NCBI GenBank assembly: GCA_002633005.1
Contig: NMRA01000150.1
Location: forward strand, 404,357 to 436,393
Origin: Phoronis australis
Taxonomy: Eukaryota; Animalia; Phoronida
Length of the DNA: 32,037 nt
Direction: 5' to 3'
This document shows positions 1-10,200 of the stretch, piece by piece (the stretch's first letter is position 1; every line of letters begins with the position of its first letter). The notes under the pieces are model-generated. The model searched no databases, was not told the origin of the DNA, and worked only from the letters and a program-made list of their open reading frames with translations. The position numbers were made by a program, and so were the translations under genes.

Positions 1-89
1 GGGTAATGCGGCGTTGGAATCATGGACGCCCTGGAATATTGGGAACCCCATTTTGGACACCCTATGTTCGAAATCCTAGATGAAGCCCT

Positions 90-173
90 GCACGTCATAG
101 TGACACGTCATAGTGACACGTCATAGTGACACGTTATAGTGGCACGTCATAGTGACATGTCATAGTGACACGT
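90..173. repeat. 13-nt minisatellite (CACGTCATAGTGA), about 6 copies
   Basis: Direct reading. Confidence 0.9.
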
Positions 174-239
174 GATTAACAGTCATACATTAATTGCTAC
201 CGGAACTATAAACATCTGGTAGAAATTCAATACATGACA

Positions 240-930
240 TCGTACAATGTGAGATCCGTATTTTTAGACATTGCGTCAGCTTGTGATGTCGTTGCCCATG
301 ATCTGCTTCTATATAAATTACAATCTTACACTGGCACTCTCCTCTTACTGCCAATTAACAAAGTCCAAATTGAAGATGTCTTTTCACCCTCGTCAACACC
401 AGGTTTTGTAAATGCTGGAGTATCACAGAGTAGCGTACTCGGCTCCTTACTCTTTTTGCTGTACATCAATGACCTTCCAGACACAAACTCTAAAACATTC
501 TTATATGCTGATGACACTGCAATTTTCTACCCATTCTAAAAAGAGTATCCCATAACTCCTTATAATTACAAGCTGACCTAAACAAACTCTATGACACAAA
601 TGGAAGTTGAAATTTGAACCTGAAAAATTGTTGATCTGATATTTTCTAAGTCTAATAACACTTATTTCCAAACAAATCCAATGTTGTACCTATCACTCGA
701 TGGAGAAGTTATTCCCAAATAGCTCACACACAAACACCTTGGATTGCTCCAAGACCATAAGCTTGCATTTTCTCCTCACTGTTGAGAACTGTTCATAAAG
801 TACAAAAATTAATCAAAATCCAATTGGAATGTCTCTGTCATGGCAACATCTCAACACCATGCATCTTGAAACTCTGTTCAAGTCTTTTGAACGTCCACAT
901 CTAGATTACTGACATAAGCAATCAGCAAAC
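240..930 (+). mobile_element. Decayed non-LTR retrotransposon (LINE, CR1/L2/Jockey-like) reverse transcriptase fragment
   Basis: FLDIASACD, GVSQSSVLGSLLFLLYINDL and FLYADD, then frameshifted LQADL, KWKLKF, HKHLG and RPHLDY remnants. Confidence 0.9.
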
Positions 931-1430
931 ACAGGCATACTTCTTCAATTAGAAAGACTACATGTTTTTCAACAAAATTCCATGTGAAAGGGGTCATTTG
1001 TTTAATACTTGGGTACTTTGTAGGCATGTAACTTGTTTGGGGGTATGATTTTAATGAATTTCCCTTCACTGAAATGTCAGAAAGATTGTCAAACATGACT
1101 CACCAGATTGTACACTAAAATGTAGATAGATACCTTACATCCAAGTTTCTTCATTTTATGAAATTTCTCAACATCAAAAAATTCCTGTCACAGTAAATGT
1201 ATTGTACTGGTATTGTCCAACATACAAAAAATTCTGACAATTCTGAGTAACGCAGTGAAAGTAAAAGTAACTCGTGTAAATATCACTTTTTGTTGTTATA
1301 AGCAGTCATTTACCCATACCTTTCACGTTATGTAAAGTCTTCGAGGAGAACCTCTCTCGTAATTTTTCTTGGAATCTCCAAAAGCTAAGATACAGAATTT
1401 ATGAACCTAAGTGCACGTGTTTATCACTAT

Positions 1431-2183
1431 TATGGCGTGTTATGTGTTGCGAAATTCAATGTTCAAAAAATTAGGTTTGATGTAATTATATGTATTCGGT
1501 ATTTGATCTTCTTATACTTATATTTGATCTTTCTAAAATTTATATTTGATCTTCTTATATTTATATTTGATCTTCTTATGTTTATATTTGATCTTATATT
1601 CAGTGTTATCTACATTTATGTTTCATAAGATTATATGTATTCAATGTTCATTACAATTGTATTCAATGTTTTGAAAATTTCTGTTCGATGTTCATATATG
1701 TATTCGATAATGTCAAGTTTTCGTTTGATGTCTTCCGGTTATATTCGATAATGGAACTCTGGGTAAATTGAAACGACGGCCGTGATTGGTCAGCTGTGTT
1801 GAGACGTTATTTACCCGTGTTCACAAATATCGATGAAATGGGCTAAATTGTCGAAAAATGAGGAAGCAACTCTTCTTCGGTAGCCGCCATTTATTTAATT
1901 CCAGGAACCAATCAGGGACGCCGTTTCATAATAATCATAATTCGGTTATTCCATATCAAAAGAAACATCGAAAACATATAACGAAACATCGAACATATAA
2001 AACAAAACATCGAACATATATACTAAGTTATCGTACATAAGTATTTTCATTATGGAATACAAACATTTTGACATCAAATGTACAAACTATAAGATCAAAT
2101 ATAAATATAAGGTATAGAATACACAAAATTATATCAAACCTAATTTTTTGAACATTGAATTTTGCAACACATAACACGCCATA
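1431..2183. mobile_element. Non-autonomous foldback/MITE-like element with long terminal inverted repeats
   Basis: TATGGCGTGTTATGTGTTGCGAAATTCAATGTTCAAAAAATTAGGTTTGAT at 1431 is mirrored at 2183. The arms carry about 21-nt subrepeats, and an inner inverted pair lies near 1769 and 1925. Confidence 0.85.
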
Positions 2184-2311
2184 CTCTATGTCCATAATTT
2201 GAAGATTTAATGTGCATATATTTCTACATTCTTCTGTATTCACTAATGTTTGTAAACCTTCTCACTCAGCATCAGACTTTTGATTGCTGTTCAAAAAGTG
2301 CTGGGTTGCAT

Positions 2312-2393
2312 CAGTGGTCACTGTGGCTTGAACCACGGAGTTTTGTATCCAGAACAAAGTTTTGTGACGAAGTAGCCACTCGACTAAGCCAGC
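2312..2393 (-). mobile_element. tRNA-derived head (SINE-like)
   Basis: Minus-strand A box TAGTCGAGTGG (2386-2376) and B box GGTTCAAGCC (2334-2325), about 41 nt apart; no clean cloverleaf. Confidence 0.5.
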
Positions 2394-3795
2394 ACAAGTT
2401 ATTGTTATGTGTTTCTGGGCTTATATAGATTACAGGCTATTTATAGCCACTAAGTGATGCAAGTTGACCTATTTACTAGAATTAGGTTAGTGTTTTCTAA
2501 CTCAAAAATCCATTTGTCTTGGGTTACTTTTGGAATGATTGTGTTTTGGAAAGTAGTTCTGTAGTGGAATTATTTGCTATGTGTGGATTATGTAAAAATG
2601 AATATTGCTGTTATGGTTTGCTGTTTATATCACAAATTATGTTTACCATGATATGTACGGTCTTAGGTGAGCGGGGAGGGGGGTAACCGTTAGTGTGGGG
2701 GGTAACCGTTAGTGTGGGGGGGGTAACATATAGTGTGCCACCCCAATAATTTTAAGGCAATAAGGTGAACAGGTGAATTGGCAACTGGCTTATACATAGA
2801 GGGCAAGGGGCAATCAAATATTGTTTGGGGCCAATTTTTGGGGTATTCTGCGCCATATAGTGGCCATTTATTTTGAGAATTTCTAACTCCCTAGATTCAT
2901 ACCGTTTGTGGTGCTGTCGCGAGCGCATTTCAACACTTTGCATTGATCTTGTTATTGAAGATAAATGATAATTCTTTTGTGAAAATGAATTTATGATTGA
3001 TTATTGTATATTTGACGAATCTCAAAACAAAATCCGGTTACATACAGTAAACTTTACTGTGTATCTGTAATTGTTTGTTGATGACCTGCACTCTTGAGTC
3101 CTTAATCCCTTGATTTTGGGGCCGAATATCAGTTCCATTGCCCTCTGAAAAATATTTTTAAAATCACGCGAAATTACCCTCATGAGGTTCAAAAATTCCC
3201 CTCAAGTGATTAAAGTTCCCCTCAGGGTTCGACTCATTTGTAACATACAGGGGACAATTTAAAACAGCACAAAATGTTGTGTTTTGGCGACTTGAGACAC
3301 AGACTATAAGGGCCAGCGAACAAGATCGAGGGAGTTTCTGAGAACAAAACATTTTTGGAAAAAGGATAATGATAAATTAATGGGCTTATAGAAATTTTTC
3401 GAAAAGGAAATTGCCCAAGAATGTTTTCATTAATTTGCTTGTTCTCAAGTTGTGTTTCAAGACATTTTGTGCCAACAGTAGCCCAAATGTCAGGACAGGT
3501 CTAGGTCTACAGAGGTAAACTGTGGTAGTGTGAGATCATCCGTACCGATCATACAACAGAGGGAGGGTTGCACTCTATTGTAAGTCTAGGGAGGGTTGCA
3601 CTCCACTGTAACAGTCACTTTAATCACTTGTATTTGAGTGTAGACATTCTTTTCCAGAAAGCAACAGTACCCGGTACTATTTTACAGCTTTGCACCTACC
3701 TTCAGCTCTAAAATCTTTCTCTTTAAACTGAATATCATAAAACTTGTCTTAATGCATTTGTTACTTTAGTTATAAGTGATTTTTGGGTTAAGAAA

Positions 3796-3955
3796 TTGTC
3801 CAAGGCATGAGATGACAACTAGTTGTCTTATGCATGAAATGACAACCATTTGTCCATGTCCTGAAATGACAACCAGTTCTCCAAGGCATGAAATGACCAC
3901 CGGTTGTGCAAGGCATGAAATGACAATCAGTTGTCCAAAGCATGAAATGACAACC
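3796..3955. repeat. 27-nt minisatellite (TTGTCCAAGGCATGAAATGACAACCAG), 6 copies
   Basis: CATGA/CCTGA at 3806, 3833, 3860, 3887, 3914, 3941. Confidence 0.9.
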
Positions 3956-4165
3956 TAGTCAAGCCAATTACTCATGGAGCCTCAGGTCTTGAACAATAAC
4001 GTAAGGTACAGCTTTTCGGTTCAAAATTGGAATCCAAAAGTTGTACCTTGATTTTGTTGGTGTACACATAGTTGTACTCTGACAACCTCAAGATGCAGCT
4101 GCTTTGATTCCAAATGGACCTTTATTTAATATTATTATTACTTCAAATTATTTTTTCTTCTTCAG

Positions 4166-4247
4166 ATGCTCGACAGTCTCCTCCATTGTTCTATTTGTTA
4201 CGAGTATCTACACACAGCAATGATGATAGATCAATGTTCACACAACT
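4166..4247 (+). CDS. RAD18: RAD18 exon: first half of RING (MLDSLLHCSICYEYLHTAMMIDQCSHN)
   Basis: Acceptor ttttttcttcttcAG, donor GTaagt at 4248; CxxC and CxH ligands; ends in phase 1. Confidence 0.95.
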
Positions 4248-7200
4248 GTAAGTTCAAGGTTCACCTATTTTGCATATTCAAATGATTCGTACTAGAACAT
4301 TATGTGGAGCATTATTTCTCAATGTATAAATCATTAATATGTGTGTTGCAGCTATACAGTAGTGACGTACTAAATGAGTCTTTGTGATTTTTCAAGAGTT
4401 CTTTACATCAATGTTTGTAATTTTTACCCGAATTCTTTGTGAAATTAAAATATCATTTTTGCTTGGTTTATTTGCTGTACTTTTCTTCACTATTTCTTGA
4501 TCACAGAGAAACACTGTCGGAACAACAGGTAATGTGAGTGGTTGGTAGAACCGGGCCTTGGAACCCGCGTTTATTGCAGAATGATCTGGTCAAAACTAGT
4601 ATCTATTTTGTGCTTGTCAACCCTGTTCATTACAAACTATCCCCTGTTGAATACTTATGACTCTGCCTCACATGTTCATGTATAAACTTATGTACTCTTT
4701 AGCTTGTTCCCTATGTATACGACCATACTTCACGTACAAACTTAGGCCTACGTGTTTTGCAGACTGTTCACTATGTATACGACGATACTTCACGTACAAA
4801 CGGGAATGCCCAACCTGTTTTCTAACAGCTTCGGACACAGACCTAGTCAAGAACAGACAGTTGGACAATATTGTGGAACAGTATAGGATTATCAGGTTGG
4901 TTCCCTTCTGTACTTGTGAACAAGTGGTTAAGGGAACTAGTCAGTATATATCCACACAGCCTTGAAGTTTGACAGGGTAACCTAAATATTTTCATTCAAA
5001 ATGTGCTTTGCCGGTGAAATTTTTTGCAGCAACTGATGTCAGTATATGTAGTAATGTACAAGGTAACGTCACACGGAAATGGACGAAATTTATATCGAAT
5101 GGGCGTCACCAAGACTGGATAAGAGACAACAAACACTGAATATTATGATATAACGTGGTCCCAAGCACCTGTGTAATAACGTTGGCCCAGGTGTCTGTAT
5201 AATACCATTGCCCCAGGCGCTTGTATAATAACATTGGCTCAAGCACTTTTATAATAACATTGGCCCAGGCACCTGTATAATAATGTTTGCCCATCCACCT
5301 GTATATCATTGGCTCAAGTGCCTGTATAATAACATTGGCCCAGGCGCCTGTACAACAACGACCCCTGCGCCTGTACAATGATGGCCCAGGCGCCTGTACA
5401 ATAAGGTTGGCCCAGGCGCCTGTACAATAAGGTTGGCTCAGGCCTATTTGTCACAAATAACAGTGCCAAATAAGTATTTACATCATTTAGAAGCTGTATA
5501 CAATATTAATCGTTTTCATCAGAAATGTTTTGAGAAAGTAACATCTCATTGTTAGAAACCATTAAGAAATGAAAAATGGTTGTCTGTGGTAAATTTTTTT
5601 CAAATTAAAACACAAGATGATACAACAGTAAAATTTCATTTTTTGTAAAAAGTATTGAAAAGAATAAATAACAAGGCAATTTCATTTGATTATTTGAAAA
5701 CAATATATAGTGCAGCTATAATAGATAAACACATGATGGAATTTTTTTGTCAGCCCAGTAAGCGTTTGTAAAATGAAAACATGATACCGTAATTTTGGCA
5801 ATTGTTTTTATTCGAAATTTGTAATATTTTGTTTTAGCCGTTCCATTTGCAAGAAATACATTGGTTAAATTGGATGGATAGTTTGTCTTATGACAGTTTA
5901 TTTCTTCAGACACAAGTTATTTGGTGAACCTGCTGATAATGAGCCAAGCACGCTGGGTGTAAGTGAAACCCTTGAATCCATGTACAAACATCTACCAGTA
6001 GAGGTCACTGCCTCGACTAGTGGGGCTACAAAAGTGACTCCCTCAACGAGTCAGAGCGAGCAGAAGGTGAGCTACTTAGAAACTTTGTGCGGTGGTTAGG
6101 ACCTTTACGAGAATTTTGGTGACAAAGTCATGACCAAATGGACAATGGCTTGCAAATGGCAGTATTGATTATGTCAGGGAGCTTTATGGGTAATCAACAC
6201 AACAACCACTCAGTGTTGGTAAATATTGTCAAATTTGTAACATAAAAAACATTTCAGAATGGTCTTTAAATGAAAGAAATCCATCCACAGTTAGTATTTA
6301 TCTGATTTTGCTGTGACAAGATCAGCACGATCCTGTTGGTGCTTTGAAACCACAAGCCGCAAAACATGTGAACTACATTGATGTTGTTTGCCCACATAAT
6401 AACTATCTTAGGATTGGCAGGACATTGCAGTCAGGTTCTAGGAATGAACGATGTCTGGTGACGTCTGTTTGATCCAGGAACACATGTTTTATAGAAATGA
6501 GTACTGAGTCTAGCTCATCTTGTATTCAATGGAAATGAGTACTGAGTCTTGCTCATCTTGTATTCAATAAAAATGAGTACTGAATCTAGCTCATCTGCTA
6601 TTCAATGGAAATGAGTACTGAGTCTTGCTCATCTTGTATTCAATGGAAATGAGTACCGAGTCTAGGCTGTCTAGCTCATCTTGTATTCAATGGAAATGAG
6701 TACTGAGTCTTGCTCATCTTGTATTCAATGGAAATGACTACTGAGTCTTGCTCATCTTGTATTCAATGGAAATGAGTACTGAGTCTTGCTCATCTTGTAT
6801 TCAATGGAAATGAGTACTGAGTCTAGCTCATCTTGTATTCAATGGAAATGAGTACTGAGTCTTACTCATCTTGTATTCAATAGAAATGAGTACTGAGTCT
6901 AGATCATCTTGTATTCAATGGAAATAATTTTTAATCCTTTTGTTTCCAAAGACACTACATTTCACTGTTTTACTGTTGTAACCTATTCTTGTTCAATAAC
7001 CACTTAACAGTAATCTATTGTTCAATAGAGGAATCTATATTTGTTCAATGAGTGTTCTTCAGTAATCTTTTGGTATTCAGTAACTATTGTACAGTAATCT
7101 ATAGTTGTTCAGTGACTGTATCACAATATTCTCTAGTTGTTTAATAAGTGTTTCACAGTAATCTTATGGTGTTCAATAACTGTTTTATAGTGATCTATTG

Positions 7201-10200
7201 TTGTTCAGTAACTGTTCTACAGTAATCTATAGTTGTTCAATAAGTGTTTTACAGTAATCTTATGGTGTTCAATAACTGTTTTATAGTAATCTATTGTTGT
7301 TCAGTAACTGTTTTACAGTAATCTATAGTTGTTCAATAAGTGTTTCACAGTAATCTTATGGTGTTCAAGAACTATTTTACAGTAATCTATAGTTGTTCAA
7401 TAAGTGTTTCACAGTAATCTTANGAATCCATGTACAAACATCTACCAGTAGAGGTCACTGCCTCGACTAGTGGGGCTACAAAAGTGACTCCCTCAACGAG
7501 TCAGAGCGAGCAGAAGGTGAGCTACTTAGAAACTTTGTGCGGTGGTTAGGACCTTTACGAGAATTTTGGTGACAAAGTCATGACCAAATGGACAATGGCT
7601 TGCAAATGGCAGTATTGATTATGTCAGGGAGCTTTATGGGTAATCAACACAACAACCACTCAGTGTTGGTAAATATTGTCAAATTTGTAACATAAAAAAC
7701 ATTTCAGAATGGTCTTTAAATGAAAGAAATCCATCCACAGTTAGTATTTATCTGATTTTGCTGTGACAAGATCAGCACGATCCTGTTGGTGCTTTGAAAC
7801 CACAAGCCGCAAAACATGTGAACTACATTGATGTTGTTTGCCCACATAATAACTATCTTAGGATTGGCAGGACATTGCGGTCAGGTTCTAGGAATGAACG
7901 ATGTCTGGTGACGTCTGTTTGATCCAGGAACACGTTTTATAGAAATGAGTACTAAGTCTAGCTCATCTTGTATTCAATGGAAATGAGTACTGTGTCTTGC
8001 TAATCTTGTATTCAATGGAAATGAGTACTGAGTCTTGCTCATCTTGTATTCAATAAAAATGAGTACTGAGTCTAGATCATCTTGTATTCAATGGAAATGA
8101 GTACTGTGTCTTGCTAATCTTGTATTCATTGGAAATGAGCACTGAGTCTAACTCATCTTGTATTCAATGGAAATAATTTTTAATCCTTTTGTTTCCAAAG
8201 ACACTACATTTCACTGTTTTACTTTTGTAGCCTATTCTTGTTCAATAACCACTTAACAGTAATCTATTGTTCAATAGAGGAATCTATATTTGTTCAATGA
8301 GTGTTCTTCAGTAATCTTTTGGTATTCAGTAACTATTGTACGGTAATTTATAGTTGTTCAGTGACTGTATCACAATATTCTCTAGTTGTTTAATAAGTGT
8401 TTCACAGTAATCGTATGGTGTTCAATAACTGTTTTATAGTGATCTATTGTTGTTCAGTAACTGTTCTACAGTAATCTATAGTTGTTCAATAAGTGATTTA
8501 CAGTGATCTTATGGTGTTCAATAACTATTTTACAGTAATCTATAGTTGTTCAATAAGTGTTTCACAGTAATCTTATGGTGTTCAATAACTATTTTACAGT
8601 AATCTATAGTTGTTCAATAAGTGTTTCACAGTAATCTTATGGTGTTCAATCACGGTTTTATAGTAATCTATTGTTGTTCAATAACTATTTCACAGTAATC
8701 TATTGTTGTTCAATGAGTGTTTTACAGTAATCTGGTGATTGTTTCAGGCTTGTACTTCCCAGTCTTCTGTGAGTCCAGTCATGAAGACTGAGGACACTAC
8801 CATCCTGGCATCTTCTACCTCAATACTGAATTATGAGCAGGAGTGCATCCACAATGACCCTTCACCCACTCGGGCTGACTCAGCCCCTTCAGTTGATAAA
8901 GGTAAGTACTCATCTGGTTAAAACATGAGCCATTGCTGCTTGCTCTATTTTGTCTACGATTACAATGTTGTCTGCCAGTTTTCACTTAACGTCATTCAAC
9001 ATCGTCTTCCTAGTCACGGGGACACTTATGATTCAGCTATTTTTAGCCACCTGTGCACCACTAGAAATGATTCCAATACTGATGATGTCACTATCCTAGA
9101 CTGTGAGGAAGATAGGTTCAAAAGGAAGCTCTCTATGAGTGCATCGAGAGTCCCTCTTTAAATAAACGAGGTGGTTTAAGATTCGATTTGTCACATGTAT
9201 GGGATGGTGTTCTGACACCAATGCCGCGCCGTCTGGTCAAAACGCCACTTATTGGCAAGAATAATGATAACGTCACAAGCCAAGCTAAAGTCCGTGAGAT
9301 AAGGACGCAACGTCGCTGATTTTAGTAAGTTTTATTCCAGTATTAGACTCGAATCTTTCAACGTAGTTGCATTATGTATGTCTCTTTTATTTTGCGAGCC
9401 AACATATTTTTCAACCCCTTGTTTTGCTGCACTCTTTTGTAAAACTTGCATGACATAATTATAAGGCGATTCAATTTTAAATTTCTACAAATTGTGCACA
9501 TGGCCTGATACTATTTAAAGCATAAATAGTTAATAATAGAAAGAGCTGACTGTCTGGATTTGGTTGCAGTGCTCTGCCCAGTTTGCAGTGTGGCCATCAG
9601 AGAGCGCTACATGAACCAGCACCTTGACCGATGCCTGCAGCGAGAGGAAAAGAAAGAGTCTCTGCGTAGTTTCTCACCTAAGCGTAAACCACTGCCCAAG
9701 CTTGTGTATACATTGATGACTGACAAAGAGTTGAAGCGCCGTCTGCAGGAGCTCAAATTGTCTACTCTTGGAGATAGACAGGTAAAAGTCTTGGCTCTTT
9801 TGTTGTTGTCTACTCTTGGAGATAGACTTGTGTGAGTCTTAGCTCTTATATTTTTGTCTACTCTCGGTGATTGACATTTGATAGTCTTGGGTCTTATGTT
9901 GTTGTTATGCTGAATTTTTTGCTGTGCATTTTTCAAACTCCTCACAGAAAACCTGGAAACAGACATTCCCATGTGTACGAAACTCGTGGAATATCAAATA
10001 AGGTTAAAAGTTTTGGGAAATCACGGACATTAAAACGAACAACTTGTGGAAAATTGGAAACTTAAGGAAATGTAAGGACAATTTTGCCGTAAACAATAGT
10101 CCTCTGTTTAGATGATACTTCATTTCACTCTGGGAACAGATTTAGTTTTTCTTTTCTTTTAGATTCTGTTATAGTCTTAACCTATTCTGATGTTAAGATG

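Noticed and set aside
1401-2243. Two ORFs sharing YGVLCVAKFNVQKIRFD on opposite strands as paralogous genes
   Set aside because: They are the two arms of the inverted-repeat element.
3776-3990. HEMTT-repeat ORF, or MEPQVLNNN|gtaagg near 3974-4006, as RAD18 exon 1
   Set aside because: The first is a 27-nt minisatellite. The second is phase-compatible but shows no resemblance to RAD18 N-termini and has no promoter evidence.
7424-7516. Second copy of the RAD18 linker exon as a real duplicated or mutually exclusive exon
   Set aside because: It begins at an N mid-exon with no acceptor and is best explained as haplotype overlap.
6494-8733. Regular 32-38 nt repeats as a CRISPR array
   Set aside because: Units are head-to-tail with no unique spacers, there are no cas genes, and they lie in a eukaryotic intron.
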